A stretch of DNA of 40,330 nt from Octopus bimaculoides (GCF_001194135.2 NC_069005.1:4242227-4282556); one strand, 5' to 3'. Positions 1 through 13,755 are shown, numbered from the stretch's first letter. Translations and numbers: made by a program. Notes: generated by a model not told the origin, from the sequence alone.

Positions 1-59
1 ATATATATATATATACGCACACACACACGATGACACACACTAACACACTTATACTCATG

Positions 60-100
<41 letters not shown>

Positions 101-569
101 GCACGATCACACACGCACACGCATGAAATTTGATGTAGACACATGATTAGATATAAAAAAAATAATCACTAAACTTTATATGTAAGTAGTAAAATATTAT
201 TGTACTGCAATCCCATATATAGTTAGATATACGTGTGTGCGCTCCTTCATCTTCACGGTTACACAAATATATGCACAAAACCACACGTATACACACCCGC
301 ACTCATAATACGTATGCTACATATATACCTACATACTAACACTTACGTGCATGCGCGTTGTATATACATACTGGTGCACACCTATACATTCCCGAAGCAT
401 ATACACACTGAACATATACAAAATACGCTGATACGTACGCACTCCCCCTAGTGTTTACATTCCTTTCCTATTTGCATCTCATTGAAATTCCGGCGAATGA
501 CAGTAAATCTCCTTGTTGTATTATACGAAGAGGAGCGAGAAAGAGAACGTTTGCATTAGGTGCGTGGAA

Positions 570-574
<5 letters not shown>

Positions 575-623
<49 letters not shown>

Positions 624-633
624 CATACATACA

Positions 634-666
<33 letters not shown>

Positions 667-680
667 GTGTGTGTGTGTGT
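575..680. repeat. Compound microsatellite (TA)n(TACA)n(TG)n
   Basis: Read directly. Confidence 0.95.
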
Positions 681-937
681 ATAAGAGAAGGAGGAGTGAG
701 TGCGAGAGATTGGGAGAGATCAAAAGTGAGAAGTTGTGAGTGTGGCTGGTGGAGAAGATAGACTTTTGAATTGTAGATTTAAAAATGAAAAGACGTTCAG
801 AAAGCGAAAATACGAACGTGTGAAATTGTAAGTGAATGTGTTAGGATGCGAACAAACAAGCTGCTTAGATGGATGGATGAATCAACATATTTAATTGATA
901 AGATAAATAAATGCAGAAAATTAAATACACACACACG

Positions 938-980
<43 letters not shown>

Positions 981-2702
981 NNNNNNNNNNNNNNNNNNNN
1001 NNNNNNNNNNNNNNNNNNNNNNNNNTATATATATGCGTGTGTGTGCGTGTGAGTGCGTGTGCGTGTCCGTGTGTGTGTCTGTGTGAATCTAATAAAATAA
1101 ATCTATCTCAATGGAGGTGCCTTGAAATGGGCTTCCTATTTGGTTATGAAAATGTTTATATCTTTATTTTTTAGCTACTATTTTGTAGCAAGCTCGGCTG
1201 AGTGACAGAACGGCGTAAGAATCGCCTTGCACCATCCAGCTAAGACTGATTTTACTGAGTTCATTTCACGCCTAAGTAGGTAACACTCTTTTTTTTTCTA
1301 TCTTTTTAAGCGGTAGCACGTCTTGCTCTGCGGTTTCGGACTTTGATTGCCAAGCACATAGACTCGCATTCAGTACCCCCTACATTGTACAATGGGCAAG
1401 TATCTTCTACTCTCCTACCAGCTCGATGCACTTATATAGCTTGAGAAATATTCAGAAATATTCAGAAATACTTACTTAATCCATCGAACAACAGATTGTA
1501 TAGTTCTAGATACGCTATGTAGCTACCCACCTCACGAGATATATAATCAATATCTGTCTTAATTCTCGCCGACAGCGTAATTCTAGGTATAATGTTTTCA
1601 ACTAAAAAATGGATTGGTTCCTGTTGGAATATCTTGACCAAATTCAGCTCTCTGAAAGTTGACAAAAACTTCATCGCACTCAACACGGCCAGTATTTCTA
1701 TATAGGTAGGCAGAATTTATTAACATTCTCGCCAAGATAGAAACAACTACCAAAATATATCTGTTACACTCTAATATCTTGCAGAATACCATCATAGATC
1801 ATATACATCCAGCAAATTGAAAATAGCTGATTGTCACATTTGGAATGGATTTGAAATTAGATCTGCCGATTTATAACTGACTGGATGTTAAACATCAAGA
1901 ATAATGTAAGCGACAATATGTCCTTTACGATAGAGCAGAACAATCATTGTTTCTGAAGGAGTTTGGTATATGCAAACTAAGAGGGAGCCTGTTGTACACA
2001 TAGATGTGCATGTGTATGAACATGTGCGTGTGTGTGTATGCGTCATTATGTTCGTGCCCCTGCACCGCTTCACAACTCCTGTGGCGTTTTTAATTCTTTT
2101 TGATTTAGCGGTTCGGCATCTGTCCGATAGAATGCCTAGCAAATTTAAGATAATTACTGGGATATATTTGTTCAACTCTGCAAAGCAGTGTCCTAACATA
2201 ATCGCAGTCTAATGACTGAAACGCGTAATATATAATGATAAATCACAACATTGCATTCTAATTTTTTTAATGAGTTTTGATATTTATTTTACGTTTTCCT
2301 GCGTCCAAAACTATCTCATAAGAGACCTGCAATTTTTGCTGAGATTACCATTTCGGTTTTGGCGCATTTGTGCAACAATGACAAAATCCGGACAAAGTTC
2401 TTGTGATCTTAAACATTTTACCCTCAAAACGCAATTCTATACTGTCAAAGCAAGGCGAACCACTGCCAATAATTAGATGGCTGACAAACTTTTCCCCTCA
2501 ACCAACAAGCTCTGTGTTGTTTTCTTTCAATATACTAGTATGGAGTCACCTGAGAGATATATTAACGAATTAATTAGATAATTAATTAATAATTACTTTG
2601 TCTTATTATTGTTGAAAATGTAATTAACTTTTGTATCCTTATAAGAAGACAATTGTTAAACAAAGAGTAGGGTGAGAGAGAAAGAGAAAGAAAGACAAAA
2701 CG

Positions 2703-2703
2703 A

Positions 2704-2762
<59 letters not shown>

Positions 2763-2803
2763 GTAGGAAGAAAGAAAAAAAGAAAGGAAGAAAGAAAGAA
2801 AGA
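2703..2803. repeat. (GAAA)n microsatellite
   Basis: Read directly. Confidence 0.95.
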
Positions 2804-3062
2804 ATTGTAAGAATGCATGTGTATGTGTGTTAGAAAGAGGACGACGATCAAACAGATGGATGAAGGAAGCCATAGAATAATTTATCGAAAAATAAGAAAG
2901 AAGAAGAGGGAGAGAGAAGGTAGGGTGGCATCCGGTGATGATGGGGAGAGTGTGTGATGTAGAAATATTTATTAATCAAAATTCTGACTGAAAGGCATCG
3001 AGACTAACAGGCATACGATCAAATTAGAGGGAAATATTGTGTGTGTGTGTGGAAATAAGGAT

Positions 3063-3243
3063 ACTAATAATAATTTTTTCTACTATAAGCACAAGGCCTG
3101 TACTCAACTTGTACTTGATTTATCGCCCCCCTAAAGGATGAAGAGTAAAGTCGACCATGGCAGAATTTGAACTCAGAACGTAGCGATAGATGAAACACAG
3201 CTAAACATTTCGCCCGCTGTGCTTATCTGCCAGCTCCCTGCCT
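3063..3243 (-). mobile_element. SINE family 1 copy (diverged)
   Basis: AAAGTCGACC..AGAATTTGAACTCAGAACGTA..CATTTCGCCCG..CTGCCAGCTC is the reverse complement of the 21037 copy. Confidence 0.8.
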
Positions 3244-3248
3244 TAAGG

Positions 3249-3527
<279 letters not shown>

Positions 3528-4099
3528 TAATCTCAAATTTTAAAACAAACTCATAATTTTGTTATGTTTTCTTAAACATTCTCTAGAACAACACTACGTA
3601 CAAAACTAAATATATGGCACCCTAGGCATAACACCTACATGAACGTCTAACACCTAACATGAACTTCTAAGTTGTTGTCTCTTCAGGTCTCTGGGTGAGA
3701 CTTGGAGACAACTTGTACAAATGCAGAGCAGAACTCAAACATTTAGTGATCATTTAGAAAGTGCGATTAATGTATATATTCAAATATTGTGATAAACCTA
3801 AGAACTTAATGTACAAAGAGAGAGGGGTGGGGTCAGATGACCGACAGAAGCGGGTGCCTTTTCATGTACAGTATCTGTATGCATCATCAAATGTATGTAT
3901 AAGACTTCTACACAGTGTTCGTCTTTGTTTTCTTGGTGATCCTGTTCACCTCACTTGGTTTCGCTTTGAGTCTCCTCCTCTCGGGATCGATAAAATACAA
4001 TATCAGTCAAGTACCGCCGGCGAATCTATCAACTGTCTCTCCTGCCTCACAATTGCTGTAATTGTGCATATCTAAAGTACAACAGCGTGAAGACCATTT

Positions 4100-4690
4100 T
4101 AAGGGTATGGACATTGCTGAAAAGATTCATTGACACGTTTTCGAACACAAAGTCTGGCACTTTGTTTTCCTTTTACATATGCAAACGTTCTCTTCGATTG
4201 CAAATAATGGTTTGGTTTGACCTCAAAGTTGATTGACATTATTGCCTGTATACACAGGTTCTTCTCAGACCCACAACTGGCCAGACTTGCACTCTAATAT
4301 TTTAAAGTATACAGCTTATGGACACTCAATTACGCGGAAAATGTGTTAAAGTTTGGACAGAAAGCGAAACGTTGTAATTATGCATTACCTCACACGACGT
4401 ATGAAATAAATGTATTATATCTATGTATATTTATATAATTACTCAAGCAGTGAAGATTGTTTTGTAACGGAACCTCAGTTAATGGCAGCACTTAATCAGC
4501 AAGTAGATTGAGTTTTTGCAATTTCTATCCTGCACTTACTATTATATTTCCCTTCCATTGCGAAATTACAAAAAGCTTATGGCTTTGGGAATAACAAAGC
4601 TATACCCATTTACACTTCTTTGAACGTTTACTGTTGATGGTACACTGTGGTTAGATGGATAATTCAGATTCGGAAATGGCAAACGATAAA
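4100..4690 (-). mobile_element. Penelope-like RT-thumb/linker remnant
   Basis: Minus frames give YPSNHSVPS...IPKAIS (cf. SNHPPS..QIPKMIS), SLSVQT..THFPRN..VSISC (cf. SxNVKT..KHFP..VKISYSC), and CICKRKTKC. Confidence 0.5.
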
Positions 4691-4972
4691 GTCTCTTTAT
4701 GAGTTTAGTGCATGTGATAATTAAATAGTTCTAGTTACGTAGATTGGATGTTTGTCTGGGTATCTTCGACGGTTAAATAACCTAGACTGATACAATACTG
4801 ATCAAAGAACACATCACAGGGATGTTACAACACAAAACTAACAACAATAAAACCGACAATTCTGATATGAAAAGCTCAGAGTAAAAGAGCGCAAACAATA
4901 AAATATACTGAATACATAATATTGATTTTTAACATTGACATATACGCCTCAAATTTGGTAATGTAATATAGC

Positions 4973-5080
4973 GACCATTAAATTAATAAGCGTCCCCGAG
5001 GACATGGCTGGTACTTGATTAATTTTATCGATCCCAGATATGCTAAAGGTAAAATCGATCTGGGTAGGATTTGATCTCAC
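4973..5080 (-). mobile_element. SINE family 1 partial, diverged copy
   Basis: CTGGTACTTGATTAATTTTATCGATCCC..AAAGGTAAAATCGA..GGATTTGA resembles the family body. Confidence 0.6.
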
Positions 5081-5121
5081 TGACGCATTATATATGGTAA
5101 GTCATACCGTATTAATACTGT

Positions 5122-5333
5122 AAATAATATTTATTTCTTTATTACCCAGAGAGGGCTAAACATAGAGGGGACAAACAAGGACAGACAAAGGGATAAAGTC
5201 GACTACCCCAGTGCGTAACTGGTAATTATTTCATCGAAACGCAATTTGAACTCAGAACGTAACGACAGACGACAGACGAAATACCGCTGAGCATTTCGCC
5301 CGACGTGCTAACAACTCTGCCAACTCGCCACCC
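5122..5333 (-). mobile_element. SINE family 1 copy with internal deletion
   Basis: GGGGACAAACAAGGACAGACAAA...AATTTGAACTCAGAACGTAACGACAGACG...CATTTCGCCCGACGTGCTAAC..CTGCCAACTCGCCACC; the central TCATCCTTTCG segment is missing. Confidence 0.85.
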
Positions 5334-6129
5334 GAATTCTATAAGTAATATCGTTTTATAACAAGTGCTAGGCCCGAAATTTAGGTACATGCATGATTAT
5401 AACTCTCACTGTATATGATGGACACTTACTTTTCTGCACCTTAAAAGAATTAAATAAAAAGCTGACCTCAGCAATATTTGGACTTAAAACATAAAGGTCT
5501 CTCTATAAACCGAAGTGCAGTTTTTCCAGTTAATTCATTATCGTATTTTTAAAAGAACATAATTTTGTAACGACGACGACCATATTTGGTTGCATGACAT
5601 GCTAGTTATAAGAGTTTTATTCCTTTCATTTTCTCCGGACTGATTTCATACGAAATAACATATTAGGCAATGTTTTCGCAGATGTACACAGATCAAGATC
5701 GATTGACGTGCTAGAAATAGCAGATAAATGTATACGCACATCGTAATCTGCACATGTATAAAAGAACCTTAATGGCTTATTTTATTGCCGATCTTTACCT
5801 GATCGCTTTTAACCTGTGGGTCCATGAAGAACCCATCGTCAGCTAGAAAGCAACAACCTGACCACAACCATTTGAATGACAATGATGACCACATTAACAA
5901 TAACAATAACAACCACAACAACTACAACAACAACGAACAAACAACAGCTACGAAGAAAAGAATCTTTATTCAGAATCGCTTTGTGATATCTGAGTGCTTC
6001 ATGTCAATTATTACTCTTGCCTCTTTTCTCTACTAAGTAAATATAAGTTCCTGAAAATTGGAATACAAATGATGTGGCATCTTAAAGCGAGAACTCCCCC
6101 CCCCCTTGCCTTGTAGCAAAATTTTAAAC

Positions 6130-6193
<64 letters not shown>

Positions 6194-6419
6194 TTACTTT
6201 TGTATGTGACATTTACAGATATTTTTTTTTTACAATTGCTCTCTTTGAAAATGAAATTGCGAAATATTTTCAAGACTCTTTCATGTTTGATCCTAATTAT
6301 TATACCTGTATACCCTTCAGCTTCAATATCTTTACAAATGGATTTTAAGATTAGTATAGGAATTAGCATCTAATCATATTCTCATATTTTAATTTTCAGT
6401 TAATTAGTCAACCTTTTCT

Positions 6420-6930
6420 TCGCTATTATAACACATTCGTTCGGAAACATGAAATTAGATTTAATTATAAGCGACACATCTATAAAAGGTTACACTTCTA
6501 TAGGCCATTATATTCGTTATTAGATTTTTATGGCTGTTTGTTTTGATATACTCATATTTTACTTTGTTTATTTCTAATTATTTCTTATCTGTCTGTTTTT
6601 TTTTTCTTTTTGCGCATAATTCTTACAATTCCAAGGTGTGGATATTTCAGAAACCCGTCATTATGTTTCCAACAGTACCAACTGTTTATTCAGTTTACAT
6701 TCAGGAATTAATGATATGTCAACGTGCTGCTAACTCCAAAAATTGCTGTAATGATATATATTGTAGAAAATTAATAATAGGAAATAATTCACGACAATAT
6801 TTTTCACTTGTGAATATTCTAAATTTACGAGACACCATTTTTGCTTAAACTGAGAATTCGAATCGATGTAGCATTCTTTCTTTGTATTTTTGCCTTCTAT
6901 GCAGTTAAATGTAATTGAAAACATGGCTAC
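6420..6930 (-). mobile_element. Penelope-like GIY-YIG endonuclease remnant
   Basis: ORF 6730-6924 contains KKECYIDSNSQFKQKW (cf. KTYIGxTExTFKQRW). Downstream frames give RNNKVKYE...AYRS..RC and NLISCFR. Confidence 0.6.
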
Positions 6931-7620
6931 ATTGAATCTGACTGAGTAAGTGACTGTGTGTGTGTGTGCTTGGGTGTATACGTATGTACATAGATACTTT
7001 GAGAGTTCTAATATGCGTATGCTTCTGTGCGCGAATACGTTAAGTGAGAAACAGTTTTGCTGAAAAATCTCTCATTATGAGCTACAATTTCATAATAAAA
7101 CACAATCAGACTACACTCGTGTAATAGCGACTGGGAGACAATTAGCTTAAATACATGAGATTTGAACAAGAAACCACGAGCGCTGGGAGAACATTGTTTT
7201 GCGAATCATCGCATCAAAATTGCATTGCCAAACAACGCATCAAAATTTGGACAACAAACTCAGAGAATAGTTCACGCCAATATATTCTGGTGAAAAAGCA
7301 TGTACAAAAGGTTTGTTAATGTCCAAGTACGCAATTCCTGCAGCTTAAAAATATATTCTACGTAGAAAACAATATATCTCATATTTTTCGCTAAGAAAAC
7401 ATGCATGGGCAGAGGCAACACAATGTGAAAGCCACACAAACATACACATATATCCATATACGTATATATTTATATATTTGCTAGTGACAGAATGACAAAT
7501 AAATCCACAGTGTATGCCTTTAGGTAGATTTGTGTTGCTTGGGAAGGATTACTCCTTTTTCTAGATAATTAAATCAATCATGTAAGGAACAATTTGGCTA
7601 ACAAACGTAGCCCAAGAACA

Positions 7621-7663
<43 letters not shown>

Positions 7664-7729
7664 TACGACGAGATTGTTTCCGTACTTTCTGTATCCGTCT
7701 GCAAGGATTCGGTCTGCCTGGACCTACGG

Positions 7730-7795
7730 CAGATGCTACGTAGTGCGACTGAAACCGAAACCGCGTGCTTGGAAAACAAGCTCGATACTATACAT
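7730..7795 (-). mobile_element. SINE family 2 head remnant
   Basis: GCTACGTAGTGCGACTGAAACCGAAACCGCGTGCTTGGAAAACAAGCT aligns with 36066-36113. Confidence 0.5.
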
Positions 7796-7962
7796 CTTTG
7801 CTTGCACAAGCTTGTATGCAAACGATCGCACTCGTACACTTTGATTAAAACCTACATACACTCGTCTTTTACATCACACACGGTAACACGTATTCATTCC
7901 CTATCTATCATTTACTATTTTCCCGCATGAACCGATTCCTTTATCATCTCTTATTTCTCCTT

Positions 7963-8104
7963 CAAACTCTCTCTGTTTCTCTCTCTCTTTCAAACCTTCT
8001 CAGTTTCTCTATCTCTTTCAAATCCTCTCTGTTACTCCATCTCTTTCAAATTCTCTCTCTGTTTCTCTATCTCTCTGAAACCCTCCCTGTTTCTTTATCT
8101 CTCT
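7963..8104. repeat. 28-30 bp pyrimidine-rich minisatellite, 5 units
   Basis: Units start at 7963, 7991, 8019, 8047 and 8077; consensus is about CAAAcctctCTGTTTCTCTATCTCTTT. Confidence 0.85.
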
Positions 8105-9559
8105 CTACTCATTTTACTTCATATCTCTCACCCTCTTTCTCGTTAAAGTCTAAATAGGTTAGAGTAGATTAAAAGCCAGGATTCACTGGGCCAAATAAGT
8201 GGTTTCTATCAATAGATAAAATAAATATTACTACACAGTTCAACAAAATCCTTGCTATTCTCTTTTTCTTTTCCTAAATAAACTAGTTTCTAAAATAGAC
8301 TGTTGTCAACGCTTGAGACAAGTAGAATCGGATTGTGAAAAATGATAGCTAGATTAGAAATCTTGTTCTCTCATCAGACAATTGTTAATTTATCATTTAG
8401 AAATTCTTCTCTAAGCAGTCGTCACTCATATGTCTACGGTCTTCAGTACACGCACATGTATACAATCACACGCACACACACTTGCACATAAAAATATATA
8501 CACGCACGGATCGAAGTAAACACACGCGCACACTTGTATATTTTACACATTTCACACCTTTCAGAGTTGATGCATTTATTCTCTTCCTTTCTGTCTATTT
8601 TCCCTACATTTTATTTCNNNNNNNNNNNNNNNNNNNNNNNNNNNNNNNNNNNNNNNNNNNNNNNNNNNNNNNNNNNNNNNNNNNNNNNNNNNNNNNNNNN
8701 NNNNNNNNNNNNNNNNNNNNNNNNNNNNNNNNNNNNNNNNNNNNNNNNNNNNNNNNNNNNNNNNNNNNNNNNNNNNNNNNNNNNNNNNNNNNNNNNNNNN
8801 NNNNNNNNNNNNNNNNNNNNNNNNNNNNNNNNNNNNNNNNNNNNNNNNNNNNNNNNNNNNNNNNNNNNNNNNNNNNNNNNNNNNNNNNNNNNNNNNNNNN
8901 NNNNNNNNNNNNNNNNNNNNNNNNNNNNNNNNNNNNNNNNNNNNNNNNNNNNNNNNNNNNNNNNNNNNNNNNNNNNNNNNNNNNNNNNNNNNNNNNNNNN
9001 NNNNNNNNNNNNNNNNNNNNNNNNNNNNNNNNNNNNNNNNNNNNNNNNNNNNNNNNNNNNNNNNNNNNNNNNNNNNNNNNNNNNNNNNNNNNNNNNNNNN
9101 NNNNNNNNNNNNNNNNNNNNNNNNNNNNNNNNNNNNNNNNNNNNNNNNNNNNNNNNNNNNNNNNNNNNNNNNNNNNNNNNNNNNNNNNNNNNNNNNNNNN
9201 NNNNNNNNNNNNNNNNNNNNNNNNNNNNNNNNNNNNNNNNNNNNNNNNNNNNNNNNNNNNNNNNNNNNNNNNNNNNNNNNNNNNNNNNNNNNNNNATATA
9301 TATATATATATATAGGGAGAGAGAGCGAGAGAGAAGGGGAGAAAGAGAGAGAAGGAGAGTCTGATCGAGAGACGCAGTTAGAGAAGATATACAGACATCC
9401 CAAAATTGCGTGACTTCATGTTTCTGAAACTGGACCGAGTTCAATGTACGTGTAATTGTGTATATGTATGCTAACACTGCGTGTTAATAACACTCGTGTG
9501 TTGATATAGCATAATACAACACGCACACACACACTTATTTCACGTATTTAATGTCAATA

Positions 9560-10400
9560 AAATGTTTGAAAGTGGGTTTTGGTTAATTAGTACTTACAAT
9601 GCCACAAACATTTAGAGCACGGTAAGTAATTGACATACATAGTAAATATTTAATGAGAATACTAATGAAAACAAAGATAGATGTGCTTTTCCCTTTTCCA
9701 TAATTCCACCAGAAATCTCTCATATGATAGTTACACTCGTGTTTAACACTCACAAAAAAATATTTTAAATCATTACATTTAAGTTTAAATGCAAAGATTG
9801 GCATAGATATTTCGAATGAAAACTCATATAAAATTCATTTTGGTTTCTTATTGAACACAGTTTTTAGAGATTATTCAAAGAATTGTTGGAAAGATTTGAT
9901 CTCAGTTTTGTAAGATATATTCCAGTTGCGGCAAAAATAAAAAGGCGTTTCTTAATCTGCTTTGGTAAGTGTTATATATGATAAATCATTATAGAACTAG
10001 GTTTTCAGTTTTTCTTACACGTATTTCAAATCTCTTGAATTATCTTATTTTACGCTGTTGAAGGAACGAAGATCAGATTTGACATCTAATAAGCTTTCCT
10101 ATTCTTTTCAGCTAATAGTTTTTTATGACATGAATTACACTTAATGCTTTAACGATATATCTTTTTGTAAAGTCTAAACAGCCTTGCCTATATCTCTGAC
10201 AGTATTATTGCACTTTCGGACAGACAACAGTGTGTCGTCCCTATAAAGATATTCCTCTATAGACATTTCTCTCTACTGCAACAAATAATATAACTGTGGA
10301 ATCCCTGGTCTCCACCATTATATCATTTTTTTTGTTGTTGTTCAAAATCTATCTTTAAATTCGACAACAATCATCAGGGACGGCAATATAATATCCAGTT
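9560..10400 (-). mobile_element. Decayed Penelope-like retroelement, RT plus part of GIY-YIG (copy A)
   Basis: Interrupted minus frames give ELDIILPSLMIVVEF, NDIMVETRDST (cf. FDVTMGSYDGAE), YLYRDDTLL (YRDD at 10234-10245), KTI...LLDVKSDL (cf. FLDVTFDL), and ECNY...LCMSITYRA...TFK (cf. CNC...CLxKSIIYKA...TFK). Many stops and frameshifts. Confidence 0.8.
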
Positions 10401-10432
10401 CCGTTCTCACTCTTTGTCTCTCTCTCTCTTTC

Positions 10433-10464
<32 letters not shown>

Positions 10465-11069
10465 NNNNNNNNNNNNNNNNNNNNNNNNNNNNNNNNNNNN
10501 NNNNNNNNNNNNNNNNNNNNNNNNNNNNNNNNNNNNNNNNNNNNNNNNNNNNNNNNNNNNNNNNNNNNNNNNNNNNNNNNNNNNNNNNNNNNNNNNNNNN
10601 NNNNNNNNNNNNNNNNNNNNNNNNNNNNNNNNNNNNNNNNNNNNNNNNNNNNNNNNNNNNNNNNNNNNNNNNNNNNNNNNNNNNNNNNNNNNNNNNNNNN
10701 NNNNNNNNNNNNNNNNNNNNNNNNNNNNNNNNNNNNNNNNNNNNNNNNNNNNNNNNNNNNNNNNNNNNNNNNNNNNNNNNNNNNNNNNNNNNNNNNNNNN
10801 NNNNNNNNNNNNNNNNNNNNNNNNNNNNNNNNNNNNNNNNNNNNNNNNNNNNNNNNNNNNNNNNNNNNNNNNNNNNNNNNNNNNNNNNNNNNNNNNNNNN
10901 NNNNNNNNNNNNNNNNNNNNNNNNNNNNNNNNNNNNNNNNNNNNNNNNNNNNNNNNNNNNNNNNNNNNNNNNNNNNNNNNNNNNNNNNNNNNNNNNNNNN
11001 NNNNNNNNNNNNNNNNNNNNNNNNNNNNNNNNNNATATATATATATATACTTCATTTATAAATACCAGT

Positions 11070-11880
11070 AAAATGTTTGAAAGTGGGCTTTGGTTAATTA
11101 GTGCGTACAATGTTACAAACATTTAAAGGGGCAGGTTGATGAAATGACATACATAGTAAACCTTTAGTCATTATACTAATTAAAACACAAATAGATATCT
11201 TTTAATCTTTTCCCTAATTACACTGAAAACGTCACTTATATGATTATTATATTCGTTTAACGCTGATTAGAAATGATTCTAATCATTCCTTTTAAATTTA
11301 ACTAAACAACCGGGATAAGTATTTTCATTGGAAACTCATTACAGAAATATATTGATTTCATTTTGGAAACAGTTTTTAGTGATTATTCAAAGAATTGTAG
11401 GATAGATTTGATCTCAGTGTTGTAAGACCTATTCCAGCTGCAGCAACAAACAAATTCTTGAATTCTCCGACTGTACTCTCTTAAAGAACAGAGTTGAGAT
11501 CAAGTAAAATTTCTTATTCTTTTTGGCTAATAGTTTTTGTGTCATGAATTACACATTTAGCGATATATCTTTTTGGTTATGTCCTTCATAGTGTTATAGT
11601 ACTTTCAAACAGCCAACAGTGCGTCGTCCCAATATAGATCCTTATACAAACATTTCTTTTATTGCAATATGATATTTATACTTCTACGGCAACAGTGATC
11701 TGTGTCGAGTCACTCGAACCTATCTTTACATCTAAAATGTTTTTCGTATTATTTTCTTTTTTGTCCAAAATTTATAGTTAAATTAGATAACAATCTTTAG
11801 ATCCTCTAATATATGATCCACTTCCATCTCGAGTCAATTCATAATGTTTTGGACACACGTGCGACGCCATTTTTCCATCT
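11070..11880 (-). mobile_element. Decayed Penelope-like retroelement (copy B, paralogue of copy A)
   Basis: Minus frames give KHYELT..EVDHILEDLK, LDVKIGSSDSTQI, and LYWDDALLAV (YWDD at 11623-11634). It is colinear with 9560-10400 at the nucleotide level. Confidence 0.8.
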
Positions 11881-12120
11881 CTTCTTCATATGTCCTTTTT
11901 CCATGCGTTTCATGTTTCTGTCACAAGAAGATTGACTACAGGAAACCAAATGACATTTCTTTGTTTCTAATTTATTAAGAATTAAACTAATACAGTAATA
12001 CGTTCTCTTTTAATATCGCTGCTGTATCTATGAGCGTATACATATACATACATACACACCCATATATATGTATCTATAGGCATGTATGCATATATGTGTG
12101 TAAATATATATACACACATG

Positions 12121-12153
<33 letters not shown>

Positions 12154-12816
12154 NNNNNNNNNNNNNNNNNNNNNNNNNNNNNNNNNNNNNNNNNNNNNNN
12201 NNNNNNNNNNNNNNNNNNNNNNNNNNNNNNNNNNNNNNNNNNNNNNNNNNNNNNNNNNNNNNNNNNNNNNNNNNNNNNNNNNNNNNNNNNNNNNNNNNNN
12301 NNNNNNNNNNNNNNNNNNNNNNNNNNNNNNNNNNNNNNNNNNNNNNNNNNNNNNNNNNNNNNNNNNNNNNNNNNNNNNNNNNNNNNNNNNNNNNNNNNNN
12401 NNNNNNNNNNNNNNNNNNNNNNNNNNNNNNNNNNNNNNNNNNNNNNNNNNNNNNNNNNNNNNNNNNNNNNNNNNNNNNNNNNNNNNNNNNNNNNNNNNNN
12501 NNNNNNNNNNNNNNNNNNNNNNNNNNNNNNNNNNNNNNNNNNNNNNNNNNNNNNNNNNNNNNNNNNNNNNNNNNNNNNNNNNNNNNNNNNNNNNNNNNNN
12601 NNNNNNNNNNNNNNNNNNNNNNNNNNNNNNNNNNNNNNNNNNNNNNNNNNTATATATATATATATAGAAAGATGTATGTATATGTTTATAACATGTACGT
12701 ATAACGTATACAGGCATTGCAGGCTATATACACACACATATACATATATCTTAGCATGTATATATATATACATATATACATGTACATATATCTTTGCATG
12801 TATATGTATATATACA

Positions 12817-12850
<34 letters not shown>

Positions 12851-13169
12851 CATATATATCTGTGTGTGTATGTGTGTGTATATATATATATCCATCCGTC
12901 TATACATACGTACATGCATATATACATACATACATATATACAGACATATCTACGTACGTAATACATGTATCCATATATTCAGTTACTGAAATTAAAGCCA
13001 CGAAATGGTAAAACCCAAGATAATGTCTGGAATGAATTCGATCTTAATTTGCATCACTGACAATAGACGTAGGACTAAATAACGACGAAAGCCACGATCT
13101 CGAAAAAAGAAACACAGCAACGATTACAAAAACTATAACATCGGCAGCATCGATTTATTACAAAATATG

Positions 13170-13460
13170 TTTTCAGAAAATTCATCATGAGGCTTGGATA
13201 TATTATTTCATTTAATTTTAGTTTGATCTCTTTAAATATTCCGCTCATCCTGTATGAGGTTTTTCACATATGGAAAACACACAATGGACTTTTATATTTA
13301 TAATATACATTATTTCCTCCCGCCACTTCGAAATTAAAATGAAACGTGCTATTAAGCTGCCTACAGCAGCAAGATTTATATAAGAAGTATATTGTGTAAA
13401 ATTATTTATACCCAAACTGCGTTTAATTTTATGATTATAGCAAAAACTGGTTTCTTGGTG
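13170..13460 (-). mobile_element. Possible Penelope-like GIY-YIG C-terminal remnant
   Basis: ORF 13245-13499 reads TSFCYNHK...ISKWREEIMYIINIKVHCVFSICEK, followed by NNISKPHDEF. The resemblance to YNHKxSF...IW..K...IKW..CxLCxxEK...SKCRH is loose. Confidence 0.4.
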
Positions 13461-13672
13461 TTGTTTTATTTTTTTTTCCTTCTTTTTCACGTCGATCACA
13501 TGTATGAAGCATTTGTTCCAAATTTAGAAAGTTAGACAACATGTGACATCAGATTAACTAACAGACGCCACCATTGAATTGATTGGATTGCATTATCTCT
13601 AACTTTCTCTATCTCACTCACTCTTTCTCTCTCACTCACACTCTCTCTCACAAACACACGCACAAACACATA

Positions 13673-13674
<2 letters not shown>

Positions 13675-13738
<64 letters not shown>

Positions 13739-13755
13739 CATTATTATTATTATTA

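Noticed and set aside
1444-1470. (AGAAATATTC) repeated about 2.7 times
   Set aside because: Ordinary slippage repeat.
9850-9920. LRR-like peptide LTKLRSNLSNNSLNNL on the minus strand
   Set aside because: Spacing is off by one residue, a stop follows, and the region is better explained as the PLE linker in another frame.
10355-10380. CTGATGA..GAAT in PLE copy A
   Set aside because: It lies within the RT-coding remnant, with no GAAA box or helices.
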